Virus record (IMG/VR): IMGVR_UViG_3300043787_000001
Coordinates: 1 to 48,044 of that record
Source: a virus
Taxonomy: Duplodnaviria > Caudoviricetes
DNA length: 48,044 nt
Reading direction: 5' to 3' (one strand)
The stretch's first letter is position 1, and every line of letters starts with the position of its first letter. Shown one piece after another: positions 8,465 through 16,485 of the stretch. The translations under genes and the position numbers were made by a program. The notes under the pieces are model-generated. The model was not told where the DNA came from, did no database searches, and saw only the letters and a list, made by a program, of their open reading frames with translations.

Positions 8465-9142
8465 TTAGTAGTGGTACGTCAACATGAGAACGTTGGCGTT
8501 GTTGTAAATCGCGGGAAACTGCGTTGAACCTGACGGCAGTTCGTAACGTGTGAACGACACGCCGAAGTTGCCCCGCGAAACGCTGACGCCGACCGAATAG
8601 CCAAGTTGCAGACCATTCGGAGTATGGGCGTACAGCATTTTGCCAGCTTGCGAATCCGTTGCAAACGGTGTCACCTGTTCATCCCATTGCGGGCGGTACG
8701 GGAACGCACCGAACGGCACGCCGATATGCCAGCCCGCGTACGTGAAATACGGTTCAAGCGTCAGGCTGATGCCTTGAGCATTGCCGCTGCCGGTGAAGAA
8801 TCCGCCGCTGCCGTCTTTCGGGTTGCGCACCGAATGCGTGACGACGTTGTAATTGGCGTCGCTAGTGCAATCGCAGTGCGCCGACGCGCGACCAAGGTAC
8901 ACATAGGCAATGTGTCCATCGATGCCCCAATCTTGCGCGCGATACAGGTGAATGCCGACACCAACCGAAAGGGCCGGTGCTGACACATTCACAACGTTGT
9001 CGGGCATGCCGTCCTGATACCAACGGCCGTTCGTCGTGCCGTAGTGGTTGACACCAATGGCACCTTCATACTGAAACCATGAATCTGCGTGCGCGGCAAC
9101 TGATGCCAGCGCTAGAACCGCTGCGATTGCTGCTTTCTTCAC
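8465..9142 (-). CDS. Putative outer-membrane beta-barrel protein with signal peptide
   Basis: GAGG then GTG start; signal peptide KKAAIAAVLALASVAAHA; amphipathic beta-strands; C-terminal LMLTYHY resembles a beta-signal. Confidence 0.7.
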   Translation of the reverse strand: MKKAAIAAVLALASVAAHADSWFQYEGAIGVNHYGTTNGRWYQDGMPDNVVNVSAPALSVGVGIHLYRAQDWGIDGHIAYVYLGRASAHCDCTSDANYNVVTHSVRNPKDGSGGFFTGSGNAQGISLTLEPYFTYAGWHIGVPFGAFPYRPQWDEQVTPFATDSQAGKMLYAHTPNGLQLGYSVGVSVSRGNFGVSFTRYELPSGSTQFPAIYNNANVLMLTYHY

Positions 9143-9174
9143 ATCACACCTCACTTGGTTAGTTGATGGTATGA

Positions 9175-9204
9175 AGTATAGAATCGTTAGTAACGGTTTG
9201 GCAA
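9175..9204 (-). promoter_or_regulatory. Sigma70-type promoter with operator palindrome in the spacer
   Basis: TTGCCA-18 nt-TATACT; CGTTAGTAACG at 9185-9195. Confidence 0.8.
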
Positions 9205-9213
9205 GTATGACAC

Positions 9214-9250
9214 CAAAAGAAAACGCCCCATCGGTAAGAATGGGGCGTTT
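9214..9250 (-). terminator. Rho-independent terminator
   Basis: AAACGCCCCAT/ATGGGGCGTTT inverted repeat followed by a T-rich tail on the minus strand. Confidence 0.8.
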
Positions 9251-9359
9251 GGTCGTTGCGTTGGATGCTCAAACGTCAGCTATCGTATGCCATTGTTTTT
9301 ATCCGCCGGGTCGGTCATTCGGGTGAATCCCGTACGGCTAAGCATGTTTCGCGCATTTG

Positions 9360-9710
9360 TTACAGTGCAACGACTGATGCACATTCTACAACAACGTTAC
9401 GATTCTGCTGCTGTCGGCGTCGATTGTATGCCCACGCGGTTTCTGCGGTGCAATCACGTGGCGATAGCCGGTTACCGCCCGATACCTTGACGTACACATG
9501 CTCGTTCGAGCGCACATCACGCGACGCCAGCAACGACACGCGGATGTTGTCCGTAGGTAGCGCAATACGCTTCACCACTTCCATGACGACCGGATAGTGC
9601 GTTGCGGGCACGTGGACGTCAATGAACGGATGCGGATAACCGACCTGTACCGTTTTGCTATGCGGTACATGCGCCAGCTTCAATAAGCGGCTGATGTCGT
9701 TGATGGTCAT
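9360..9710 (-). CDS. Hypothetical protein
   Basis: 116 aa; ATGA overlap with the upstream gene. Confidence 0.6.
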   Translation of the reverse strand: MTINDISRLLKLAHVPHSKTVQVGYPHPFIDVHVPATHYPVVMEVVKRIALPTDNIRVSLLASRDVRSNEHVYVKVSGGNRLSPRDCTAETAWAYNRRRQQQNRNVVVECASVVAL

Positions 9711-9919
9711 TTGCGCGCCGCCCGTACATAGCCAACCATGCGAACGTTGCGCATCGCCAGCGGTTCAAGTGATTCGGTATCGACAGTGACGATAAAGCCG
9801 TTGCGTTTTGCAAGTACCAGCAAACCGTACAGGTCATTTACGATATGGTCGCGTAAGTTTTGGCGATGTTCGTCAGCTTCAGACGAACCCGTGACTTCCG
9901 GCCACGTATCGACACTCAT
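9707..9919 (-). CDS. Hypothetical protein
   Basis: 70 aa; ATGA overlaps on both sides. Confidence 0.7.
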   Translation of the reverse strand: MSVDTWPEVTGSSEADEHRQNLRDHIVNDLYGLLVLAKRNGFIVTVDTESLEPLAMRNVRMVGYVRAARK

Positions 9920-10188
9920 GGTTTCACCGTCGCGTCGTCAATCGGCTTTACCGTCGCGTCGTCAATCTCACCAACATGCGGCACGACTTCAAAAACCGTC
10001 ACGTCAGTCATGAAAATGCGCTTTGCTCGCTTGAAGCGGGCTTTCGACACGCCCCGGCGCTGTTCTTCGACTGGCGGCGCATCGGCGCTAATGTCCAACA
10101 ATTCGACTTCATAACCGCCGTTATTGGCGTACAGGTTGATACGGAGTTTGACCGGCGCTGGCGCGGTCTGATGGAACGTTGCAGGCAT
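9916..10188 (-). CDS. Hypothetical protein with C-terminal IDDATVKP duplication
   Basis: GGAG RBS; first gene after the promoter at 10228-10256. Confidence 0.7.
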   Translation of the reverse strand: MPATFHQTAPAPVKLRINLYANNGGYEVELLDISADAPPVEEQRRGVSKARFKRAKRIFMTDVTVFEVVPHVGEIDDATVKPIDDATVKP

Positions 10189-10227
10189 GTAAGGAACTCC
10201 CGGTGAAGTTGATAGAACTACGCCGGG

Positions 10228-10256
10228 AGTATAAACCGTAAGTAACGGTTATGCAA
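10228..10256 (-). promoter_or_regulatory. Sigma70-type promoter with operator variant
   Basis: TTGCAT-17 nt-TATACT; CGTAAGTAACG at 10237-10247. Confidence 0.8.
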
Positions 10257-11865
10257 ACAGCGACGAACGCTTTTCTTCCGGCGCGTACAGAATCATGACG
10301 CTATCGGCATAGTTTGGCGAACGCGTACCGTCAGGCGTCTTGTCAATCAGCATCTTGCCCGTTGTATTGATGTCATACGTTGGTTGTGACAATTCGGCAA
10401 CCAGCTTCGTGCGCACATGGGCCGGGATGTCTTCGCTGATGCTGATTAGCTCGTCAGGCGGAAACACCGCACCATCCTGTACCGCCCGGTGCGTCTTTTC
10501 GAACCGTTCGCGCAAACTCCACCACGATTGCGCTTTATAGTTGTAAAAGAAGTCTTCGTTCTTGCGCGCGCCAATACCACGGTCGTCACCCTTGAACACC
10601 AGCTTATCCTTGTTGACGACCGCGCCGCTACCCGTGAACGGTTCGAACTTGCGTTGGCTGCCCTTACGGTCAGGACGCCCATTGATGTTCGCCGCATCGC
10701 CCCGTACGCCAGCACCAAGACCATCACTATCGTATCGGCAATTGTCGTACCCATATTGGTCACAACGCAAAAACGCTTGCTCGGTTGTCCAATAGATTGT
10801 TTTACCCTGTCCGCTCCATGCGTCCAGGTGTTGCAGTTCGATACCATGCCGACCTGACCATGCGTTAAGGTCAAGCCCTTCGTCCGCAACGTCAAGGGCT
10901 GACTTCTTCGCGCCGGTCACAGTGATGCCCAATTTGCGGGCCGCACCTATGGCGCTTTGTACCCAGGCTGACGGAATCACAACGCCCTGTTTCGATGCGC
11001 TGTAGTCAAGGTCAATTTCCTGTGCAACGATGAGCGGGTTTAAGTTGGCTTTCTGCTTCTCATACCAAGCATCGTCCTTACGCGGGTCGTCACGCCAACC
11101 GAACGTGAATACGCGATGTTCCGGCCAACTGTGGCGTTTCTCTGCAAACGGATTGTCAAGGCCGTTGACCGAACTGATATCGATACGGCAATTGGTCGTT
11201 TGCGACAGTGCAGCATCGATAAGCGCCGGTCGTTCGAGAAACGCCGCTTCGTCAATACCGTACAGTGACGCGCGACCGCCCCGACCGATGTTATCGCCAG
11301 CTTCACCGCGTATGACCGCGCCAGTTTCAGGAATGGATATCAGCATCGACTTGTCACATGCGCTGCTACCCATCACCCAACCGCCCCGGAACTCAACGGG
11401 CAGCAACGACAGAAACATGCGTATCTTGAAAAACAGACAGTCAGGGTCGCCAGCGCGGTCAACAAGTATTTCTTTGCGCGACCCGAATCCGGCCGTGAAG
11501 CCGTCGTTAGTGACACCCAGCGCACAGAACAACGATACGAGCATCCACGACAGGCCCATATCGCGCGATTTGTCACTTACGCCAAATTCTTGCGCACGCC
11601 AGCGCTCAACGACCCATTGCAGGAACTCGCGTTGACGGGGGAACAGAATAAGCGGCAACAGGGCCGGGTATTGCGTACCGACATTACGCGGGTCGAACGT
11701 ACAGCCCCAATCTTCAATCAGGTCAATCGGGTTGTGACGGTAATGCACCTTGAACGCCGCCAGTTTGCCAGGGTCGGCGCGTAGCTCCAACAGCCTGTCA
11801 ATGCGCCATTGAAAGATGCGACTGTAATCAGGGGCGCGAAAGTTATGTTCGTATGGGTACGGCAT
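10249..11865 (-). CDS. terL: Terminase large subunit
   Basis: 538 aa; LFPRQ Q-motif, KSRDMGLS Walker A variant, GIDEAAF Walker B, ALDVADEG and SPNYADS nuclease motifs. Confidence 0.92.
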   Translation of the reverse strand: MPYPYEHNFRAPDYSRIFQWRIDRLLELRADPGKLAAFKVHYRHNPIDLIEDWGCTFDPRNVGTQYPALLPLILFPRQREFLQWVVERWRAQEFGVSDKSRDMGLSWMLVSLFCALGVTNDGFTAGFGSRKEILVDRAGDPDCLFFKIRMFLSLLPVEFRGGWVMGSSACDKSMLISIPETGAVIRGEAGDNIGRGGRASLYGIDEAAFLERPALIDAALSQTTNCRIDISSVNGLDNPFAEKRHSWPEHRVFTFGWRDDPRKDDAWYEKQKANLNPLIVAQEIDLDYSASKQGVVIPSAWVQSAIGAARKLGITVTGAKKSALDVADEGLDLNAWSGRHGIELQHLDAWSGQGKTIYWTTEQAFLRCDQYGYDNCRYDSDGLGAGVRGDAANINGRPDRKGSQRKFEPFTGSGAVVNKDKLVFKGDDRGIGARKNEDFFYNYKAQSWWSLRERFEKTHRAVQDGAVFPPDELISISEDIPAHVRTKLVAELSQPTYDINTTGKMLIDKTPDGTRSPNYADSVMILYAPEEKRSSLFA

Positions 11866-11866
11866 G

Positions 11867-11897
11867 AAAAAGGGCCAATGTGGTTAGCATTGGCCCT
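11867..11897 (-). terminator. Rho-independent terminator immediately upstream of terL
   Basis: AGGGCCAATG/CATTGGCCCT inverted repeat plus T run. Confidence 0.75.
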
Positions 11898-11921
11898 AGT
11901 GTAACGGCGGTGACGGTTTGG

Positions 11922-12056
11922 TCAGGCTGGCGCGTATGCGGGTGTATCGTCAAGAATGGTCCGCAACAGGCCGTCACGTTCGCGTTTGATGACGATTAGA
12001 TGGGCGCGCGCTTCGATAATTTCCCACACGTCGCCGGTTTCAAGTTCACGCAACAT
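11922..12056 (-). CDS. Small hypothetical protein, 44 aa
   Basis: MLRELETGDVWEIIEARAH...PAYAPA; starts right after the upstream stop. Confidence 0.55.
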   Translation of the reverse strand: MLRELETGDVWEIIEARAHLIVIKRERDGLLRTILDDTPAYAPA

Positions 12057-12057
12057 G

Positions 12058-12186
12058 TTATGACCGCCCCACTTCGACACTGAAACCGGCCAACATCAGG
12101 CGCTTCAGTGCGCGCGTGAACTTCGCGTAATCGGTGTACGCCTCATTGTGCCATTCGGCGTCATACCAGCGCATACGGTATTTCAT
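12058..12186 (-). CDS. Small hypothetical protein, 42 aa
   Basis: GGAG RBS; MKYRMRWYDAEWHNEAY...EVGRS. Confidence 0.6.
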   Translation of the reverse strand: MKYRMRWYDAEWHNEAYTDYAKFTRALKRLMLAGFSVEVGRS

Positions 12187-12237
12187 GACGACTCCAAATA
12201 AAAAGACCCGGCCTGTAAAAGCGCCGGGAAACGGGGG

Positions 12238-12582
12238 TTACTTGTTCAACTTGCTGTAAATCCAGTCGTTGACAGGCTTGATGTCGCCTTCAAGATTGGT
12301 TGTGTAATCGGTCAAAACGTCAATTTCGTTGCCGTACACCATCAACACCCAGCCGTGACGAACGCGCGACATCGTAATCTGTTCGCCGTCATGCTTTGCA
12401 TCGTTACGCCAAACATACAGGCGTTCCATGCTGACCGCTGCCATATCGTTAACGATACGCGTTTGGTCGGTCATCGGCGCTGTTTCGTTTTCGCCGTCAT
12501 CGATGCTGATTGCGTACCCGCAACCAAGCAGCGTTTCAACCAGGCGGTTGGCAATCTTGCGTTCCAGTTTCGAATCGATCAT
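12238..12582 (-). CDS. Hypothetical phage protein
   Basis: 114 aa; GGAG RBS; first gene after the promoter at 12615-12643. Confidence 0.75.
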   Translation of the reverse strand: MIDSKLERKIANRLVETLLGCGYAISIDDGENETAPMTDQTRIVNDMAAVSMERLYVWRNDAKHDGEQITMSRVRHGWVLMVYGNEIDVLTDYTTNLEGDIKPVNDWIYSKLNK

Positions 12583-12614
12583 TTTCGCTACTCCGTTGTG
12601 TGACTGTGTGACGG

Positions 12615-12643
12615 AGTATAAACCGTTACTTTCGCAACTTCAA
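12615..12643 (-). promoter_or_regulatory. Sigma70-type promoter with operator half-site
   Basis: TTGAAG-17 nt-TATACT; spacer contains AGTAACGGTT. Confidence 0.8.
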
Positions 12644-12646
12644 CAA

Positions 12647-12931
12647 TTATTCGTCAGGGTCAGCAAAGCCAAGCGCAACAACCGCCGCGTGTGCGCTTTT
12701 GTTCAACGCCTCAATCAGTTCGTCCTTGCGCTTGATGTCGGCCGCGCGTTGCTTCTGTTCGGCATGCAAGGCAGCGCGGGCCGCGAACAACTCATTGCCC
12801 AGGCGTTCAATATCGCGCTTGGCGTCATCGTGACGAACCCATGCGCCGTAAGGATGTTCATTCATGCCCGGTGCTTCAACGTCACGATTAATGATTCCTA
12901 CATAGTTTATGGAATACCGTTTAACTGTCAT
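12647..12931 (-). CDS. Hypothetical protein (coiled-coil)
   Basis: Likely start MTVKRY; G.WVR..D motif followed by a coiled-coil. Confidence 0.65.
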   Translation of the reverse strand: MTVKRYSINYVGIINRDVEAPGMNEHPYGAWVRHDDAKRDIERLGNELFAARAALHAEQKQRAADIKRKDELIEALNKSAHAAVVALGFADPDE

Positions 12932-13097
12932 GGTGTCTGCGTTCCACAGTGATGGTCGGGTCAGGTGCAACGGGCCAGTTGATGCGTGCAAGGTCAGGAT
13001 GCGGCGCAACGGGCGTCAGTTGGTACATCAGCACCACTACGCCCACGACCAGCGCGACAACCGCCAGCAACGCCGCGATGATAAACAGGCAAATCAT
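12921..13097 (-). CDS. Small membrane protein, 58 aa
   Basis: MICLFIIAALLAVVALVVGVVVLMYQ...; ATGA overlap with the upstream gene; fills the gap between flanking ORFs. Confidence 0.6.
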   Translation of the reverse strand: MICLFIIAALLAVVALVVGVVVLMYQLTPVAPHPDLARINWPVAPDPTITVERRHHDS

Positions 13098-13513
13098 TTG
13101 TGAACACCGTGCGATGCGAGAACGGCCGCAAGTTCAGTGCCGCAACGACGCACCGGAATTGCGCTTATTCGCATTTCGTCAAGGTCAACCCATTCGTGCG
13201 CCTTTGCCAACACTGCCGTCAACGCAGCATCGCGGGCCGCAAGCTGCGCCTTAAGCACTGCAACGTCGTCAGGCACTTCGACGGGTTCAACGCGGCGAAT
13301 GTGCATCATTTCAACGTCAAGGTCGAACGACGGTCCCGCGCGCCAGTTCGAATGCGTGACGGGCGGAATGTGCAAACTGGTCAATGCAACCGGCACCTGA
13401 TACAGGCGGTTGTGCGTCATGTTCAGCGTCAGCACGCCGCATTCCCTGTGACGCGATGCGTAGTCATAGACGGCGGCGCGATCGTCATCGTTGTCAAACT
13501 GGATTCGTAACAT
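13094..13513 (-). CDS. Hypothetical protein
   Basis: 139 aa; GGGAG RBS; follows the promoter at 13541-13569. Confidence 0.7.
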   Translation of the reverse strand: MLRIQFDNDDDRAAVYDYASRHRECGVLTLNMTHNRLYQVPVALTSLHIPPVTHSNWRAGPSFDLDVEMMHIRRVEPVEVPDDVAVLKAQLAARDAALTAVLAKAHEWVDLDEMRISAIPVRRCGTELAAVLASHGVHK

Positions 13514-13540
13514 GTCGAACTCCCTGGTTGGTGTCAGCGC

Positions 13541-13569
13541 AGTATAAACCGTTACTAACGGAAATGCAA
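13541..13569 (-). promoter_or_regulatory. Sigma70-type promoter with operator palindrome
   Basis: TTGCAT-17 nt-TATACT; CGTTACTAACG at 13550-13560. Confidence 0.82.
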
Positions 13570-13600
13570 AACGCCCCGTATGGTTAGTACGGGGCGTTTT
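13568..13600. terminator. Rho-independent terminator, potentially bidirectional
   Basis: AAAACGCCCCGTA-TGGTTAG-TACGGGGCGTTTT. Confidence 0.85.
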
Positions 13601-13648
13601 GGTCCTACAGTGACGAACCAGCCATATCGGCCCGTTCGGCGTGAGAAC

Positions 13649-13996
13649 TTACAGGTCTTTCTTCGCGTCAGCGACGATGTTTTCGAAGTGACTGATACCG
13701 GCTTCGATATTGTCTTTGATCCACGATTCACCGCGCGACAGCAGTGCGGCGGCACGGTTCAACAGGCTGACGTGTTCTGCCGGTACGTCGATGCTGACCG
13801 TTGCGGGTGCTTCGTCCGACGTGGCGGCTTGTGCTTCTGCGGTTGCGGCAGCAGCGTCGGACGGTGCGACTGCGGGCGTATCGACAGGCGGCGCAACCGG
13901 CGCAGCGGCGATGCTGGGCGCGTCTTCGATGGCGCGGAATGACATGTACTGCAATGCGCCGATAAGCGCCGTGCGAACCAAACTGATACGAACCAT
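13649..13996 (-). CDS. Ala/Pro-rich hypothetical protein
   Basis: 115 aa; AAGGGA RBS; operator palindrome upstream. Confidence 0.65.
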   Translation of the reverse strand: MVRISLVRTALIGALQYMSFRAIEDAPSIAAAPVAPPVDTPAVAPSDAAAATAEAQAATSDEAPATVSIDVPAEHVSLLNRAAALLSRGESWIKDNIEAGISHFENIVADAKKDL

Positions 13997-14023
13997 GATG
14001 TTTCCCTTTCGAAAGGTTAAGAA

Positions 14024-14034
14024 CGTTACTAACG
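14024..14034. promoter_or_regulatory. Palindromic operator-like site CGTTACTAACG
   Basis: Perfect copy, intergenic. Confidence 0.75.
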
Positions 14035-14054
14035 GTAAAGCAGAACGGAGTGTA

Positions 14055-14306
14055 TCACGCCATTCGACAAACGCAACTGCAATCTCCTGGCTGACTGTGA
14101 CCGTTGCACACCGGGCATAGCGTAACGGTCAAATGTCCAAACGCGCCTTGCACTTCTTCAGCCTTGTCAGTGATACGCGCGTCAGGTGCCAGGCGTTGCA
14201 CCAACTGGCGCACACAGGTTGCATACGAATGTTCGCCGCGTTTGTCACAATGGAACGCAATGTGTAAAAGCGTGACTTTTTCAACAGCGGTTAGCACGGT
14301 AGACAT
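14055..14306 (-). CDS. Small Cys-rich hypothetical protein
   Basis: GGAG RBS; C-terminal CPVC...CSC. Confidence 0.6.
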   Translation of the reverse strand: MSTVLTAVEKVTLLHIAFHCDKRGEHSYATCVRQLVQRLAPDARITDKAEEVQGAFGHLTVTLCPVCNGHSQPGDCSCVCRMA

Positions 14307-14494
14307 GGTGACTCCACCAACGTTTGTTCGGCGTGACCGTGCCGGGCAACATGTTGAAAGTACGCCGACAGTGCTTTGTCAAGCGTGTCGCTGTAGAACA
14401 GCCAGCCCCTGAAGGTGCGATACGGAGCGCTGCCGCTCCACACAACAACTTGACCCGGATGAATGTAACGCGTCCTTGGCTTAACCGCCTGCAT
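14291..14494 (-). CDS. Hypothetical protein
   Basis: GGGG RBS before MQAVKPR; overlaps both neighbours. Confidence 0.55.
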   Translation of the reverse strand: MQAVKPRTRYIHPGQVVVWSGSAPYRTFRGWLFYSDTLDKALSAYFQHVARHGHAEQTLVESPCLPC

Positions 14495-14831
14495 TGCGCG
14501 CCCCCGCTGCGGCAGCAATCATCGTGTCAAACAGGCCGTCAACCATTTCAGGTGTCGGGGCGTTCTTGATGTCGGGCAGACCGGTCATTACTTCGTCTAC
14601 CGCTTCAAACATGCGTTCCTGCACGTCTTCGTTCGGTTCGCACACAATCAGGCGCAGACCACGGTAACGGTTCGCGTCGGCCGTCAGTGCGTTCAATTCG
14701 TCAACCGACACAAAGACGCGCGAAACGTCAAATTCGCATTCTGCCGTGACGCGCTCATATTCTGCCGCACATTCGGCACTATGCGGCGTCATGCCGTCTG
14801 ATGTGCAGTTAATACCTTTGCAAGTTTCCAT
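14481..14831 (-). CDS. Hypothetical protein
   Basis: 116 aa; AAGGAG RBS; DANRYR and PTPEM motifs common in phage accessory proteins. Confidence 0.7.
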   Translation of the reverse strand: METCKGINCTSDGMTPHSAECAAEYERVTAECEFDVSRVFVSVDELNALTADANRYRGLRLIVCEPNEDVQERMFEAVDEVMTGLPDIKNAPTPEMVDGLFDTMIAAAAGARNAGG

Positions 14832-14846
14832 GATGGGGCAAACTCC

Positions 14847-15173
14847 TTACGCGGCCGGGGGCGTTGCGACAGCAGCGGTCAGCGCCGCTTGCGTCTTTGC
14901 GTGCGCTTCTTTCTCTGCGGCAAGTTCGGCCGTTAGCGCTTCGACTTGCGCGTTGGCTTCAATCAACGAACCGTTCGTTGCGGTCAGTTGGTCACGGGTC
15001 GCGTCGTGCGCATCCTGTTCGGCCGTCAGCTTGGCGATTGCATCGCGGTACGAAACGGCCAGTTGCGTCGTATCTGCCGGTTGTGATGCGACGCCAGCCA
15101 GCGCGGCAAATTCTGCCGCTTGCGAATGGGCCGTTGTCTTCTGGCTGTTCAGATTGGTCGGTTTGGTAGTCAT
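14847..15173 (-). CDS. Coiled-coil hypothetical protein
   Basis: Ala-rich heptad pattern; AGGAG upstream. Confidence 0.65.
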   Translation of the reverse strand: MTTKPTNLNSQKTTAHSQAAEFAALAGVASQPADTTQLAVSYRDAIAKLTAEQDAHDATRDQLTATNGSLIEANAQVEALTAELAAEKEAHAKTQAALTAAVATPPAA

Positions 15174-15239
15174 ATTCGGACACACTCCTGTTGGTTATGT
15201 GCGTTATCGCACAAGCGTTACACATTGTCACACACAAAC

Positions 15240-15250
15240 CGTTAGTAACG
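15240..15250. promoter_or_regulatory. Palindromic operator-like site CGTTAGTAACG between divergent genes
   Basis: Perfect copy followed 3 nt later by TAGGAT, a -10-like hexamer on the plus strand. Confidence 0.75.
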
Positions 15251-15318
15251 GTCTAGGATGATTGTACGGCATAAGCCGTGCCAACCCCAACCAGTATTTT
15301 AACCGTATGAGGAACATC

Positions 15319-15909
15319 ATGAACAAGACACACATTCGCGCTTATACCAAAGCGCTGGTCGAATCGGCAATGAACCGTCAAACGGCGCTTGAAATTGAAC
15401 TGGCGGTCGGTTTTGCCGTGTTGTGGGAATGCGAAGCAGCGCGCCGCCTGGCACGTGAAACGTTGGTGACTATCTACAACAATGCGGGTTGGTCGTGCAA
15501 AGAACCCGGCGCACTTGACTGGCGCGCGGTGAATCGCCGCATAACGGCCAGCATCGCCCTGTACGACTTCATGGGCGCAGACATCGCAGAACTGGCGAAC
15601 GGGCACAAAGCGGCCGAACTGGTTGATGCATTCCGCCCGGCAATCGCGGCGCTTAAGGTCAAGTCGGTCAACGAAGTCTTGCTGGCATGCGACAAGGTGC
15701 GCGGCCCACGTAAGGCGTCAGCACCGGCAGAAGGTCAACGACTGGACGCGGGCAAGCTGCACCTGATAGTGCCGGTCAGCGCGACCCGCGAAGACATGCT
15801 GGCGCTGGCGACAAAGTTGATGGAACTGGCAATGACCAAGTTCGAGCAACCCGCAGCGGCAGAACCGGCCGACCATGAAGCGCTGACGGGCGAAACGGCC
15901 GAAGCATGA
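15319..15909 (+). CDS. Hypothetical helical protein; the only plus-strand gene in the left arm
   Basis: GAGG RBS before MNKTHIR; long ORF ending at a convergent terminator. Confidence 0.75.
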   Translation: MNKTHIRAYTKALVESAMNRQTALEIELAVGFAVLWECEAARRLARETLVTIYNNAGWSCKEPGALDWRAVNRRITASIALYDFMGADIAELANGHKAAELVDAFRPAIAALKVKSVNEVLLACDKVRGPRKASAPAEGQRLDAGKLHLIVPVSATREDMLALATKLMELAMTKFEQPAAAEPADHEALTGETAEA

Positions 15910-15937
15910 AAAAAGGGCCGGGCGCTATGCCCGGCCC
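15909..15937. terminator. Terminator hairpin between convergent genes
   Basis: AAAAAA-GGGCCGGGC-GCTAT-GCCCGGCCC. Confidence 0.75.
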
Positions 15938-15947
15938 AAAGGCCCCA

Positions 15948-16193
15948 TCATGGCTTACTGCCGGGTCTATTATGCCGTATCAGGCTATTCAGCAAGCGCC
16001 GACGCCAGCTTGACCGACCAGCACGCAACATACGGTCGATGATGATGGTTGTGTTGCTGGCGGCGTTTACTTCGTCAGGGTTCAGTACGCCGCGCCGTAT
16101 GTGAATCGTCAAATCCGCTACGTCGCACACGTACGCGAATCGCATCCAATGCAGTAGTTCGATGGGTCTTTGTGGGCCTGTTGCCTTACTCAT
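15948..16193 (-). CDS. Hypothetical protein
   Basis: ORF overlapping the upstream stop; start uncertain. Confidence 0.5.
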   Translation of the reverse strand: MSKATGPQRPIELLHWMRFAYVCDVADLTIHIRRGVLNPDEVNAASNTTIIIDRMLRAGRSSWRRRLLNSLIRHNRPGSKP

Positions 16194-16482
16194 GTTTGAC
16201 ATACTCCATATCATCACGAATCACAATGTCATCGCCGTCTTCAAACAGGCGCAGCTTCCATTGCTCTATTCCTAGCAGTTCGTGATAGATGATTTTGTCA
16301 CGGTGCGTTTGCCCGAATTCATCTTGGCCATAACCTTTAAATAGGTGCCCATCATGGACGGCCCAACCACACGCGCCATTTTCATACAGGAATCGTTGTT
16401 GCAGCGTCACGATACGGTTGTGATTTTCATAATGTTCGCTGATGACGATTACGGCGCGTGCGCCTATTTCCCATTTACTCAT
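16186..16482 (-). CDS. Hypothetical protein
   Basis: 98 aa directly downstream of terS. Confidence 0.65.
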   Translation of the reverse strand: MSKWEIGARAVIVISEHYENHNRIVTLQQRFLYENGACGWAVHDGHLFKGYGQDEFGQTHRDKIIYHELLGIEQWKLRLFEDGDDIVIRDDMEYVKHE

Positions 16483-16485
16483 GTC

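Noticed and set aside
9256-9356. tRNA or hammerhead ribozyme
   Set aside because: No T-loop GTTCRA cloverleaf and no CUGANGA/GAAA core in the right arrangement
10249-11865. Inactive terminase, because Walker A reads KSRDMGLS rather than GKT
   Set aside because: This variant is compatible with a terminase subfamily and the other ATPase and nuclease motifs are intact
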